Shown: positions 1-10,591, counted from the stretch's first letter. The stretch: 64,000 nt of DNA from Pseudobdellovibrio sp. (GCA_020696855.1 JAJFMT010000011.1:15380-79379), one strand, 5' to 3'. The notes: a model not told the origin generated them from the letters alone. Translations and numbers: made by a program.

Positions 1-426
1 GGCAAGATCAACGATGTCTTCAACGTGATTGCGCGGGATCGCAGTAGCCATGACATCGGCTGCAGGTCCTATTGTTTGCACGACTTTTGATTCAAATACG
101 CAAGAGTCGGCATCAAACGGAATATCTTCTTCCATCTCAAACGGAAGACTTTTTTGAACTTTCAATCGGTCGTTGAAAGGAAAAGATTTAAAACGTGTCG
201 TCACTTTTGACTGAGGGACAGCGATGACCCATCGGTCCTGCGCGTAATCACCCGATGCAATGAAAGAGCGAACGAACTCGATAACTTCAAGCTCTTTATC
301 TTCTTTTGTTACGTTTTGGCTGAGAACTTTTTCCTGATACTGGCTGATGTAAACGCTTTTTTTATTCTGAACGAGTTCAACGATCTTGACTGAATAGTCA
401 CCGATATCGACACCGATAGATCGCAT
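1..426 (-). CDS. gspL: Type II secretion protein L / PilM-like actin-fold protein, 5' part only (runs off window start)
   Basis: Manual translation from ATG at 426: MRSIGVDIGDYSVKIVEL...LPFEMEEDIPF. GxDIG N-terminal motif of PilM/GspL; GGAAGGGG SD upstream; lies after gspK. Confidence 0.75.
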   Translation of the reverse strand, partial: MRSIGVDIGDYSVKIVELVQNKKSVYISQYQEKVLSQNVTKEDKELEVIEFVRSFIASGDYAQDRWVIAVPQSKVTTRFKSFPFNDRLKVQKSLPFEMEEDIPFDADSCVFESKVVQTIGPAADVMATAIPRNHVEDIVDLA

Positions 427-496
427 GTGGCCCCTTCCATGAAGAAAAATCTAAAGACCGAATTAAAGATGTAATTCTTAAACTCAGGTCCGCGCT

Positions 497-1777
497 CTAG
501 TACTCTGTCCAGTATATGACACGTGGTGCGCCTTTGGGAAGAGGTTCTTGCTTAGGGGCACTGGACGCAGGTCCAGGCGTGGGTGAAGGCGATGGATTCG
601 GGTTCGGTGCAGGTGATTGCGGGTTTTCTTCCTGTTTTTCTTTATCAAGAAAAGTTTTTACCTGAGCGGCTGCTTTTGTAATATCAACGACGTAAGCCAC
701 GATATTTTTTTGAAGCGCGAAAGCGCCACTGCCGTAAATACCGGTCGCTGTAATTTTAAAATTGAAAACTTTGTCACAAATCATCGGAATCTTGTCGAAT
801 TCCGGCGCCAGGCGCGCCCCTTTGCTCTCTACAAAAGATTTAAAATCTTTAAGGCATTCATCGCCTTTGCCTTTGAACGGACCGCCTTTGTCGGGGTCTT
901 CGCGGCGGGCAATGGCCTCAGCTACCGCTTCTTCACCCATGCCGGGATCAAGCGAAAGTAAAACTTCTTTCGATGCAGAATTCGGGTTGATCGCTTTCAT
1001 CCCGTAAATAGTTACCCGCTGGGCCAGCAACTGATAAAAGTCTTCATTCATTCCGGGTACCAGGCGTAACTCTTCAAGCGTGCGAAACCCGCGGTTAGGC
1101 GGGTAGCCCTGGCCCAGCTGTGAAAAGGCCTGGCGCTTGTCTCCGCCCTGAACAGCCGTGTTGGAGTCGCTCATCCAGTCATAAATGCGGCCGACAAGGT
1201 CCTCAAAGTTTTCATTTTGGTATTTATTCCGGAACTCATCATCTGAATTAATTTTTTGTTCAAAAATATTTAAGATTTGTTTTTGCGTAACTTCACGCAG
1301 TGTTTTTGAAGGGGATGCCAAATCGTTTAAGTCAATTTTTGAACCTTCGTCCTCAATCGAATGCGTGTACGTCGCATCCATTAAAGATTCTTTCGTTACA
1401 TTTTCCATGGTTTCTTTGTCGACTGAATTTAAATCCGAAGCGATTGGTAATGGCCACGCAAACGGAAACTTCCAGATCAGATCCAGTTGGCTTGCATATG
1501 CTTCCGGGAGCGGAAGCTGAGATGCCTGCTGGAAAAGTTTCACCCGCAAAAGGGCAATCTGCATACTGTTACGGGCGGCATAATATGCTTTCAGTCTTGT
1601 CATTTCTTTTGAGTTCACAATAAATTCAACAGCAGAATCTTTTGTGACCTCACTGGCGATGTAAACCATGAACATCAGCGATGTCAGAGCCATAATCAGC
1701 GCAACACCGTTTCTTTTCTGCAGAATTTTTTCGTTACGGCGGTATTTAAAGCGGTTTCTGAAAAGTCTATTGATCAA
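497..1777 (-). CDS. gspK: T2SS minor pseudopilin K
   Basis: G|VALIM prepilin site lacking E+5; DEGSKIDLN and EELRLVPGM motifs typical of GspK. Confidence 0.9.
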   Translation of the reverse strand: MINRLFRNRFKYRRNEKILQKRNGVALIMALTSLMFMVYIASEVTKDSAVEFIVNSKEMTRLKAYYAARNSMQIALLRVKLFQQASQLPLPEAYASQLDLIWKFPFAWPLPIASDLNSVDKETMENVTKESLMDATYTHSIEDEGSKIDLNDLASPSKTLREVTQKQILNIFEQKINSDDEFRNKYQNENFEDLVGRIYDWMSDSNTAVQGGDKRQAFSQLGQGYPPNRGFRTLEELRLVPGMNEDFYQLLAQRVTIYGMKAINPNSASKEVLLSLDPGMGEEAVAEAIARREDPDKGGPFKGKGDECLKDFKSFVESKGARLAPEFDKIPMICDKVFNFKITATGIYGSGAFALQKNIVAYVVDITKAAAQVKTFLDKEKQEENPQSPAPNPNPSPSPTPGPASSAPKQEPLPKGAPRVIYWTEY

Positions 1778-2603
1778 ACTGGCCGCCTTGCTGTTGTTGC
1801 TGTTGCTGGCCTGTGTTTGCCGGGTTGCCCCCGCCGCGTGCAGGATTATTCGGAAAGTGAATCGGAATTACAAGCTGCATAGAATAGGATTTTTGCTTTC
1901 CTTCAAACTCTCGCTCGATTCCCAAAGAAACTTCGACCGAATCAGGAAAGCGGCCGCGGGTTCCGGCATCAACTGCGGTATTAGACGAATTCCATTCATT
2001 TACCCAGTCTTGCTTTGTTTCGCCGATGTAACGCAGTTTAAACTCTGAAACGTTTTCCAGCATGACGATTTCGTTCCCGCCGGATTTTACATCTTCATCG
2101 ACAATGTTCTGAATGCGGCGGTAAAGGCAGCTGCTGGCTTTATTAGTCGTTAAATTATTGCAGCTTTTAAGTGAATAGCCGACTTCAACAAAATCCGCCT
2201 GAACAACCGCCGACGATAAGCGGCCGCTGTTTAACGTTACAAAATTAACCTGCGAATCGTCGCCCACAAATTCTGTTGTGGGGTCATAACGTTTAGTTTG
2301 GCGCTGCGGCTGCTGGGCGCTGGCAACTGCGCCAGGTGCAGTCGTTGTGGAAGAGGCCGGCTTGGTCGCCAGATCCTGCATCTCTTTTTCAAAGTCGCGG
2401 TGATGAAAAGCTAAATTAATGTCGGCGCGAATCATGCGAAGCGAGTCGCGCAAGGACGAAACGTCGTCAACTTCAGCCTGAATTTTTGTACGCGCTTTTA
2501 GCGCCCTTGATAGAGCTTGAGTTGAAATCACGGCCATTGTCGCAAGTATAGTTATGGCCAGAATAACTTCTAAAAGCGTGAAGCCCGAAGCGCGTTTCTT
2601 CAC
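1767..2603 (-). CDS. gspJ: T2SS minor pseudopilin J
   Basis: G|FTLLEVILA type IV prepilin motif; RFPDSVEVSL C-terminal motif; operon position. Confidence 0.85.
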   Translation of the reverse strand: MKKRASGFTLLEVILAITILATMAVISTQALSRALKARTKIQAEVDDVSSLRDSLRMIRADINLAFHHRDFEKEMQDLATKPASSTTTAPGAVASAQQPQRQTKRYDPTTEFVGDDSQVNFVTLNSGRLSSAVVQADFVEVGYSLKSCNNLTTNKASSCLYRRIQNIVDEDVKSGGNEIVMLENVSEFKLRYIGETKQDWVNEWNSSNTAVDAGTRGRFPDSVEVSLGIEREFEGKQKSYSMQLVIPIHFPNNPARGGGNPANTGQQQQQQQGGQFDQ

Positions 2604-3157
2604 TGGCCGCCTCCGTCTTCACCGCCGGCACCGCCTGCGCCGCCCGGAAGCGGAAGCGGGCGGTCGTAGTCGATCATGTAAATTGTAACGTCTGCCGTAA
2701 CAGGTTTTCCAAGTTCGGTATTAATTACGCTGATTTTAACTTCTTTGATGGACTTTGATAAATGCTCAGTAAAAGTTTTCATGAGCGTGATCATGCTTTG
2801 ATTTGCGCCACCGTCCTGTGCCACGAGGCCTGCCGAAATATCCGGAATCTCCAGTTTTTTCGAAGTCATCTTCCAGCTGTACGTATCAGGAACATCGCCG
2901 CCGAACTTATCTTCTTTTTCTTCTTCGATGGATTCTAAAGATTTATTTTTATATTCTCGTTCAATCTCGGTAACTTTGCGCTCAAGTAGTGCGGCAATCT
3001 GCACCTGGATCTGCGTTTTACGAAGACGGTTATATGTGCCTGACCATGAATTAGTTAAAATGAAGAGGCCCGCAGCCATCACCGCCAGCGCAAGAACGAC
3101 TTCTATCAATGTGAAGCCAAGCTGTCTTTGTTTTGGCGGTGCTTTAGATAAGATCAC
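2600..3157 (-). CDS. gspI: T2SS minor pseudopilin I
   Basis: G|FTLIEVVLAL prepilin motif; lies between gspH and gspJ. Confidence 0.8.
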   Translation of the reverse strand: MILSKAPPKQRQLGFTLIEVVLALAVMAAGLFILTNSWSGTYNRLRKTQIQVQIAALLERKVTEIEREYKNKSLESIEEEKEDKFGGDVPDTYSWKMTSKKLEIPDISAGLVAQDGGANQSMITLMKTFTEHLSKSIKEVKISVINTELGKPVTADVTIYMIDYDRPLPLPGGAGGAGGEDGGGQ

Positions 3158-3181
3158 GGTTCATGATAGCCCGAAAAAAAG

Positions 3182-3781
3182 CTATCTGGAAAGATCTTTT
3201 AGAAGCTTCGCCTCGGGAATAATATCCAAGTGACCTGTCAGAGGGTTGTAGATGAGTGTCCAAACATTTTTCTTCGGATCTTCAATCTGAAGAGCCGATG
3301 TTTCAATGAGTCCTTGCGGAAAAAAGTGAATATAAGCCAAGCCTTCAGTGTAAAGGACATCGGCTGTACCGCTTTCTACCTGTTTAAATTTATAACCATC
3401 GGGCAGCTGCTGTTTGGTTTTAAAAATGGAAGTGTCGATAGAAAAATCGGGTGGTGGGGCGCCTTCTTCAGGCTTTTCATTGTTTTTTTGTTGTTCTTTT
3501 AGCTCTTCTATTTTGGCTTTATCGAGCAAAACTTTTTTGGTGGATTTCTCAACCCACCAAGATGGATTCTTTTCGTTCAGATCAAATGCTAAACGGTAAG
3601 TCGAGCCGTCAAGTTTGGCGCGGCTTTTTAAATCTTTTCCGGCAACGATAAAGTCGCGGAATACACGACGGGTTTCCTGTTTTTTGTCAAATAAGCGCGG
3701 AACGGCGACCGCTAAGATTGCGCCGATAATCGCCATGACCAGCGCAATTTCTAAGAGAGAGAAGCCGTTAGGTTTTCTCAA
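3182..3781 (-). CDS. gspH: T2SS minor pseudopilin H
   Basis: G|FSLLEIALV prepilin motif; IHFFPQG motif; TTG start. Confidence 0.8.
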   Translation of the reverse strand: MRKPNGFSLLEIALVMAIIGAILAVAVPRLFDKKQETRRVFRDFIVAGKDLKSRAKLDGSTYRLAFDLNEKNPSWWVEKSTKKVLLDKAKIEELKEQQKNNEKPEEGAPPPDFSIDTSIFKTKQQLPDGYKFKQVESGTADVLYTEGLAYIHFFPQGLIETSALQIEDPKKNVWTLIYNPLTGHLDIIPEAKLLKDLSR

Positions 3782-3786
3782 AACTT

Positions 3787-4224
3787 TTATTCTTCGGATG
3801 AAGAGCCTTCGGAATAAATATCTTTGTCAGGGCCAGAGCCGCCTTCTTTTTTATCTTTGCCGAGACTTTTAAGAACGTAGCCGTTCCCTTTTGCAGAATA
3901 TTCCAGATCTGTTCCCCATTCGTCTTTCATGAGTTTTTTATTCTGGTTGTTGCTTGTCCAGTTACGGCAATCAGGAGCATCGGTAATCAAAAAATCAATT
4001 GTGCTAGGAAGCTTGCTGCATTCAGCCTGAAACTCCATGATTTTAGCATCCACTTCGTTCATGCGGATACGAGTGTTTTTTACGTTGGAATTATCACGAC
4101 CTTCCATAACTTTTGGAACAACAATACCCATAATCGTACCGATGATGACCAGAACGATCATAATTTCCATCAGTGAAAAACCTTTGTTGTTTTTAGCTAA
4201 ATTTTTAGCCGCCCACTTTTTCAT
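3787..4224 (-). CDS. gspG: T2SS major pseudopilin G
   Basis: G|FSLMEIMIV; KDEWGTDLEY and SLGKDKKEGG...DI motifs of GspG; strong AAGGAG SD. Confidence 0.92.
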   Translation of the reverse strand: MKKWAAKNLAKNNKGFSLMEIMIVLVIIGTIMGIVVPKVMEGRDNSNVKNTRIRMNEVDAKIMEFQAECSKLPSTIDFLITDAPDCRNWTSNNQNKKLMKDEWGTDLEYSAKGNGYVLKSLGKDKKEGGSGPDKDIYSEGSSSEE

Positions 4225-4267
4225 AAAACAAACTCCTTAGATGTGCCAATTAGCGAATCAACTTAAT

Positions 4268-5488
4268 CTAACCCAATTTCGAGGTGAGTTCAAACATTGG
4301 AACGATAATGGACAGGACGATAACAAACACAACGCCCGCTATTAGTAGAGTCATAATCGGGTTTACAAGGCTGGTAATACTCTCAATTTTTGATTTAACC
4401 TGAAAATCATAGGCGTCTGCAACTAGAGTCAGCATATTTTCGAGATCACCGGTTTTCTCGCCAATGTTAACCATGTGCACCACAAGTGGCGGGAACAGCC
4501 CTGATTTTTTTAAGGGTCCAGCTATGCTTTCCCCTTCGGAAATGTTTCCGCGGGCTTCGTCAATTGCTGTCGCAATAACATGGTTGTTTACAACGTTACG
4601 GACGATATCCATGGCATTTAGCATAGGAACGCCGCCATTCAGCAAAGTCGCCAGTGTTCGTGTGAACCGGGAGATCGCCACCATTTTTACGATTTCACCC
4701 ATGAGCGGAAGCTTCAATGAAAGGGCATCCCAGGATTTTTTACCTTCAGTCGAATTCTTCCAGTTTCTAAAAAGTAAAATACTGAAGAAAATAAAACCGG
4801 CGAAGAAATACCAGTAGCTGACAAAAACCTGGCTTATAGAAGAAATAGCCTGCGTGTACCAGGGTAGAGAAATATCAGGGAAAGATTCAAAAATGCTGAG
4901 AACTTTAGGAAGCACGCTGGTAAATAATCCGAAAATCACCAGCGTGATCACGACCACCATGATAATCGGATAAGTCATTGCTGAAGTTAAACGCTGACGG
5001 AGTTCCGCCTGGCTTTCGGTGAACTCAGCTAACCGGATTAAAATAATGTCTAGTGTACCGGTCATTTCACCGGCTTCGGCCATTGAGACATAAATATTAT
5101 CAAACAACTGTGGGTATTTCGCTAAAGCTTTATGTAATGAGGAGCCTTCGTTCACCATGTTTTTACAGTCGGCAACCGCTTCAGACAAAATAGGGTTTTC
5201 AACCTGTTCAGAAATAGCGGTCAGCGCATCAACTAGCGGAATGTTCGCCTTAATTAAGGTCGCGAGCTGGCGGGTCATCAATGCTAAATCTTTTACGGGA
5301 ACAGAACCGGATCTGATTTTAATCGCGGATCTTTTTTGAGTACCGGCCTTTTTCTTATCTTCGATTGAGGAAACGAAAATACCGTCTTTTTTAAGTTTCA
5401 GCCGGGCCGCACGCAGGTTTTCCGCATCGACAACACCTTTGGTGTCTCGTCCGTCGCGGGTCGTCCCTTTGTATTCAAAAATCGGCAT
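4268..5488 (-). CDS. gspF: T2SS inner-membrane platform protein F
   Basis: TRQLATLI, EAGEMTG, AMTYP and GEKTG motifs of GspF/PilC. Confidence 0.95.
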   Translation of the reverse strand: MPIFEYKGTTRDGRDTKGVVDAENLRAARLKLKKDGIFVSSIEDKKKAGTQKRSAIKIRSGSVPVKDLALMTRQLATLIKANIPLVDALTAISEQVENPILSEAVADCKNMVNEGSSLHKALAKYPQLFDNIYVSMAEAGEMTGTLDIILIRLAEFTESQAELRQRLTSAMTYPIIMVVVITLVIFGLFTSVLPKVLSIFESFPDISLPWYTQAISSISQVFVSYWYFFAGFIFFSILLFRNWKNSTEGKKSWDALSLKLPLMGEIVKMVAISRFTRTLATLLNGGVPMLNAMDIVRNVVNNHVIATAIDEARGNISEGESIAGPLKKSGLFPPLVVHMVNIGEKTGDLENMLTLVADAYDFQVKSKIESITSLVNPIMTLLIAGVVFVIVLSIIVPMFELTSKLG

Positions 5489-5495
5489 GTTTTAA

Positions 5496-7187
5496 CTATA
5501 TATCCATCTGCGTATTAGAGACAAGCTCTTCAATCGTTGTAATTCCGGCAAGAACCTTTTGAACACCGTGGTCACGGAAGGTTTTCATGCCGTTTGCAAC
5601 AGCCTGGCGTTTGATGGTGTTACCATCCTTACGCTGCATGATAAGAGAACGGATATCATCTGTAACAGGTAGAATTTCGGCGATGACTGTTCGGCCCACA
5701 TAGCCTTTTTGACCGCATTGTTCGCAGCCTTTAGGTTTGCAGATATTCGCACTCATCGCACGCTGACGGGTAATACCCAAAGTTTGCAAGTCAAAATCCG
5801 AAGGCGTGTGCGGAACTTTGCAATGCGGGCATAACACGCGCACAAGACGCTGAGCTAATACTCCGAGAATAGAAGTCGCGATTAAGAACGGCTCACAACC
5901 GATATCCATCATACGGGGGAAGGCACCGGCCGCATCATTAGCATGGATTGTTGAAAGCACTAAGTGACCTGTTAATGATGAGTTAATCGCAAGCTCTGCC
6001 GTTTCTAAGTCGCGAATCTCACCCACCATAATAACTTCAGGATCTTGACGTAAGAAAGATCTTAAACCGGCCGCAAACGTTAACCCGATTTTTGCATTTA
6101 CCTGAACCTGACCGATACCGGCAATACGCTGCTCGACAGGATCTTCGATGGTTAAAATATTAATGTCAGGCTTATTTAACTTTGCTAAAGCGCCGTAAAG
6201 GGTAGTGGATTTACCGGAACCCGTAGGGCCCGTTACAATCATGATTCCGTAAGAGCGTGCAAGCAAGTCATCTAAAATTCTGAGGGTCTCTTCTGAAAAT
6301 CCCGCGTGCTGAAGCTCGCGCACCTGAGAGGATTTATCCTGAAGACGCATCACGAGGCGTTCGCCGAATGCTGTCGGCACGCAAGAAAGACGGATATCGA
6401 TATCTTTACCACCGACTTTAAGGGGAATACGGCCGTCCTGTGGTAAACGTTTTTCGGCGATATTTAAATTCGCCATAACTTTAATACGTGACGTGATCGC
6501 ATTCTGTAATTTCTTCGGCGGACGGAATATCTCATACAAGATACCGTCGTTGCGGTAGCGAACAACCATTTCTTTTTCGTAAGGCTCAATGTGAATATCG
6601 GAAGCTTTTTCTTTTACCGCGCGGAAGAGCAGGGCATTGACCAGTTTAATAACGGGTGCGTCGTCTTCGCCGGCTTCCAGTAAGTCGATGATCGGGTCTT
6701 CAAGATCCATTTCATCTTCTTCAATGTCATCTAATCCACTGAGGGCGGCGGTACTTTTTTCGTAAACACGGTTGATGGTATCCTGAAGCCGCTGAGTTGT
6801 CGTAATTAAAGGGCGGATTCGCTTTCCGAAAATCACACGCAAATCATCAAGCGCTTTTGTGTTCACTGGGTTCGAAGTCAGAACCCAAACATCGTTTGGC
6901 TCTTCCTTGTAAGGAATGATGCCCTGAGATTTTGCGTAATTGATCGGAATGTTACGGATTAAATCCGCAGAAATATCATTGATCGGAATATCTTTAATAA
7001 AATCCAAACCGAGTTCGCGGCAGAGATCTGCCACTAAATCATCTGCCGTCGCATAATCTTTTAGTGAAAGAACATCGCCCACTGAACGGGGTTGCGAAGC
7101 CGATGGGTTTCGCAAAACCATTTTGATCTGATCAGAGTTCAGAGACGTTGCTTTTGTTAAAACGACATTGATATCGGTTGAAGCCAT
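5496..7187 (-). CDS. gspE: T2SS secretion ATPase E
   Basis: ASDIHIEP, RLPQDGR, Walker A GPTGSGKSTT, LRQDPEVIMVGEIRD, tetracysteine motif. Confidence 0.97.
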   Translation of the reverse strand: MASTDINVVLTKATSLNSDQIKMVLRNPSASQPRSVGDVLSLKDYATADDLVADLCRELGLDFIKDIPINDISADLIRNIPINYAKSQGIIPYKEEPNDVWVLTSNPVNTKALDDLRVIFGKRIRPLITTTQRLQDTINRVYEKSTAALSGLDDIEEDEMDLEDPIIDLLEAGEDDAPVIKLVNALLFRAVKEKASDIHIEPYEKEMVVRYRNDGILYEIFRPPKKLQNAITSRIKVMANLNIAEKRLPQDGRIPLKVGGKDIDIRLSCVPTAFGERLVMRLQDKSSQVRELQHAGFSEETLRILDDLLARSYGIMIVTGPTGSGKSTTLYGALAKLNKPDINILTIEDPVEQRIAGIGQVQVNAKIGLTFAAGLRSFLRQDPEVIMVGEIRDLETAELAINSSLTGHLVLSTIHANDAAGAFPRMMDIGCEPFLIATSILGVLAQRLVRVLCPHCKVPHTPSDFDLQTLGITRQRAMSANICKPKGCEQCGQKGYVGRTVIAEILPVTDDIRSLIMQRKDGNTIKRQAVANGMKTFRDHGVQKVLAGITTIEELVSNTQMDI

Positions 7188-7191
7188 CCGG

Positions 7192-9498
7192 TTATTCTAC
7201 CTCAGTACTTTGCGGATTGCGATTCCTTCCCATAACTTTATCCATAGCGGCGCCATAAGGGTCTTTACCGCCTTGCTGTTTAATAAAATTGAGACGGTCC
7301 TGCTCTTTCGCATTTAAAAGATTCATTTGATCTTGTTTGGTGCGAAGAATTTTCGGTGTTAGGAATACAACCATGTTTACTTTTTGTTTTGTAACTTCCC
7401 GGCCTTTAAAGAGCCAGCCGATAATAGGGAGGTCACCCAGTAAAGGAACTTTTTTGGTTGATTCATTCTGTGAATCGCGAATAAGGCCGCCGATAACGGC
7501 AGTGTCTCCATCATTGACATTGACGTTCGTATCGATGGTGCGGGTAGCGAGTGACTGGGCGCTATTCGCAAACTTTGCAGGGACATTTCCCTGAACAAGC
7601 TGCTTAACAACCTGCTTGAATTCGATTCGAAGGCTATTTGAATTCGGGCTTACATATGGAGTTAATGTCATCTTGATAGTTGCCGCTTCAAAGTTCGGTT
7701 CTTCGAAGCCCGGAGATCCATTCGTTCCCTGAGTTACTTTCGAACCGGTTACAACGTTTTCACCAACTTCAATTTCCGCTTTCTTAGAGTCAGTCGCGGT
7801 AATTTGCGGAGTCGATAAAATATTTGTTTTACCGAAGCTCTTAATAAATTTTAAGTAGGCCACTAAGTTAGGTAATGTAACTGCTCTTTGAGTTAATGGA
7901 TCGGTAACCGAAACACTTCCCTGTGCGAAACCTAAAATTGCGTTTCCTGCACCTTGGAGCGGGCTTAATACATCAGTAACGTCTTTTTCACTCGCAGTAA
8001 ATCCGACTTTGCCGCCGTCTTTGTTAAACGCAACTAAACCGCCACTCGAGTTAAATCCGTCATTAAGCGACATCTCCATAATGATGGCAGAAATGAAAAC
8101 CTGATCGCGTGGAATATCAAGCTTTTGAATAATCGTTAAAACGCGTTCGTAATCCTGCTTGTTTGCAGAAATCACAAGTGCATTTGTATTTTTGTCGGCC
8201 TTAATGCTGACTTCTCCGCCGAACAACCCTTCACGTGCCGCTGCCTGCCCTTGAGGTGCGAAACCGATGCCGCCGGTTGTTCCGCCGGTTGCAGGCGCCT
8301 TTGTTCCGGAATCTTTTGCTACATCTGATAGTGTAGCCGCAATGTCTTCTGCTTTTCCGTTTTTAACGTAATAAACGTAAACACCGCCGGCATCTTCAGC
8401 TTTAACTCTGAAGTCCAGCTGGCCGATTAGTTTTTTAACCCGCAAAATGCCGGCTTTGTTTCCGACTACGACTAAAGAATTCGTTCTGTCTTCAGGAAAA
8501 ACTAAAAAGTAAGCCGCGCCTTGCTTGCCGCCGCTTGAAGTATTGGTTGTTGCACCAAAGCGGGGAACACCCGCAGCAAATCCGCCGGGAGCAGCCGTTT
8601 GAGATTTCTGGCCTTTGTTAACGACTTTATCAATCAGTTCAGCGATATCTTTTGCTTTCGCGTACTTGATACCGATCACTTCCAGTTGATCTTCAAAACC
8701 GGGAACATCTAACTGATTAATAATTTTCATAACACGGTCGATGTTCGCACCGAAGTCAGAAATAATAAGCGAGTTCGTTTGACCGAAGGCCGACATCTCA
8801 CCATAGCTTGAAGTTAAAAGACGTAAATCTTTTTGAACCGTGTCTGCAGTGATGTGTTTCAAGTGAATGATCTTTGTGATCATTTGATCAGAATTCGGGT
8901 AATAAGCTCCCGAATACGTATCGATATTATCACGCTGGGCAGAGCGGGCATTTCTGATTTTCAAAAAGCCGCCGCTCGGTACGACTGTAAAGCCGTTAAT
9001 TGCTAACGCTGACAAGAAGGCCTTGTAAGCTTCAGCCACCGTGATTTTACTCGGAGCTAAAATTGTAATTTTACCTCTGACAGTCGAATCAATAATAAAG
9101 TTTTTACCGGTCAATTCGCTGATCGCCTTAATAACGTCAGTGATTTCCACGTTAGGAAAGTCAAAAGACTCGATCGTTTCAGGAAAATTTTCGCCGTTGA
9201 TGTCTTCAGGGTTCGAGCGCGCGAATTTTTCTTTTTGAGTTTTATCTAAAATTCCCGGTTTGCCGCCGGAAGTCGGGCCAATAACAGTTTCACCGCGGCC
9301 CAAGCGTGGAGCGCTTGTATTTGAAGGAGTCGGAATCGGCGCAGGTGCCAGCAAATCTGCAGGAGGTGGCGCGCTGAAGTCTTCAACAGGAGGAGGCGGC
9401 AACTCATCAAATTGTGCTTGCGTCGGCAAAGATAACAATAATGACAGAGCCATTACTGTTGAAGTCGTCCGTCTGAAGATCGTATTTCTAAAGGTCAT
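7192..9498 (-). CDS. gspD: T2SS secretin D
   Basis: N-domain repeats; KVPLLGDLPIIGWLF and VFLTPKI secretin signature. Confidence 0.96.
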   Translation of the reverse strand: MTFRNTIFRRTTSTVMALSLLLSLPTQAQFDELPPPPVEDFSAPPPADLLAPAPIPTPSNTSAPRLGRGETVIGPTSGGKPGILDKTQKEKFARSNPEDINGENFPETIESFDFPNVEITDVIKAISELTGKNFIIDSTVRGKITILAPSKITVAEAYKAFLSALAINGFTVVPSGGFLKIRNARSAQRDNIDTYSGAYYPNSDQMITKIIHLKHITADTVQKDLRLLTSSYGEMSAFGQTNSLIISDFGANIDRVMKIINQLDVPGFEDQLEVIGIKYAKAKDIAELIDKVVNKGQKSQTAAPGGFAAGVPRFGATTNTSSGGKQGAAYFLVFPEDRTNSLVVVGNKAGILRVKKLIGQLDFRVKAEDAGGVYVYYVKNGKAEDIAATLSDVAKDSGTKAPATGGTTGGIGFAPQGQAAAREGLFGGEVSIKADKNTNALVISANKQDYERVLTIIQKLDIPRDQVFISAIIMEMSLNDGFNSSGGLVAFNKDGGKVGFTASEKDVTDVLSPLQGAGNAILGFAQGSVSVTDPLTQRAVTLPNLVAYLKFIKSFGKTNILSTPQITATDSKKAEIEVGENVVTGSKVTQGTNGSPGFEEPNFEAATIKMTLTPYVSPNSNSLRIEFKQVVKQLVQGNVPAKFANSAQSLATRTIDTNVNVNDGDTAVIGGLIRDSQNESTKKVPLLGDLPIIGWLFKGREVTKQKVNMVVFLTPKILRTKQDQMNLLNAKEQDRLNFIKQQGGKDPYGAAMDKVMGRNRNPQSTEVE

Positions 9499-9515
9499 CC
9501 TTAACCTCTTTCCTG

Positions 9516-10436
9516 CTACTTAACGTTATAAGTAAAAGTGTCTGTTTTTCCGCCGCGTTCAATCTGCAACTTCACTTGTGTACCGTTCTTTAACGTGTTG
9601 TACATTTCCATCGCTTTTTGAATGCTGTCTACCGGTTCGCCATTAACTCCTTTAATGACGTCCATTCGCTGTAAACCCAATTGTTCATAAATACTGCCCG
9701 GCTGCATGTCTAAAATGCGGAAGCCGTTGATTTCACCTGTGTTAGGATCGCGGTTCGGCACAGCCCGCGCCTGCATCAGGACACTTGATAAGTCGTTGGT
9801 ATACTTTAATAAGTTAGAGCGCGAAATCGTAAACTCATTTGTTCCGGTTGTCTGAACTTCTTTTCCGCCTGTGCGGGCAGTAGGGCGGGACGCATCGAAG
9901 TTGATTTTCGATTTATCTTTTGCCATCTCAATATATTCAAGCAATCCGTTTGAGTTGTTGCGGACGTAAATAATGTTGCGCTCAACCTTTTCAAGAGTGC
10001 AAAGCCCTTCGATATCAGAGCCAACGGTATAAGAACCGGTTTTGCTTTTTGTTTTCAAATCCAAAGCGGCAATGGATTTTTTAGGATCAGAGTGAACGAG
10101 TGTACCGATAATGCTGATCGGTAACTGCGACTGAACAGGAGCGTTATCCTTCCTCTGATCTTTTTCGCCGCCGGATGTAATGGCCGTCGGCATTACGCCT
10201 GTAGACGAAAATAAATTGCGGTTTGAGATGACCGAATACTGACTTCGGTCGACATAACCTCTCTGTTTATAAGCTGTAACTTTTTTTGGAGGAGCTGCAT
10301 CTGGCAACATGCGGTCGCGGTAATAAATAATAGTAAGGTCAGCAATTGCGAATGCAATAAACGCCAGAAATGCATATAAAGCAAATGAGGCTAAACTCTT
10401 GTTGTTGGTCTTGCTGCCGGATCTACCTAGTTTCAT
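9516..10436 (-). CDS. gspC: T2SS protein C with C-terminal PDZ domain
   Basis: N-terminal TM segment, RNLF motif, HR domain, PDZ (LGLQRMDVIKGVNG). Confidence 0.9.
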   Translation of the reverse strand: MKLGRSGSKTNNKSLASFALYAFLAFIAFAIADLTIIYYRDRMLPDAAPPKKVTAYKQRGYVDRSQYSVISNRNLFSSTGVMPTAITSGGEKDQRKDNAPVQSQLPISIIGTLVHSDPKKSIAALDLKTKSKTGSYTVGSDIEGLCTLEKVERNIIYVRNNSNGLLEYIEMAKDKSKINFDASRPTARTGGKEVQTTGTNEFTISRSNLLKYTNDLSSVLMQARAVPNRDPNTGEINGFRILDMQPGSIYEQLGLQRMDVIKGVNGEPVDSIQKAMEMYNTLKNGTQVKLQIERGGKTDTFTYNVK

Positions 10437-10591
10437 TCTCTATAAAATAGTATCAATAGGCTTTGGTCACGGGCAGCATAAATCACAAGTCGGGGTAAAG
10501 CTGGACTCATTCTGGACCTACGGCCAATTCTCTTCATTGGCTTTGATTTGACTTCAAAACTCTCCTAAAGTGCTGCTACCCTAAAGGCTAG

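Noticed and set aside
456-490. Imperfect hairpin between gspK and gspL
   Set aside because: Several mismatches and no clear U-tract; cannot be called a terminator or RNA element
1788-1808. CAG/CAA run (poly-Gln) in gspJ as a phase-variable repeat
   Set aside because: In-frame mixed codons; length change would not shift frame
4234-4250. TGGCAC on the minus strand upstream of gspG as a sigma54 promoter
   Set aside because: The -12 TTGC element is missing; the SD AAGGAG occupies that position
10500-10545. Short palindromes in the gspC intergenic region (GCCAAT..ATTGGC; GACTCATTCTGGAC)
   Set aside because: Too short or degenerate to distinguish from chance without a genome-wide scan
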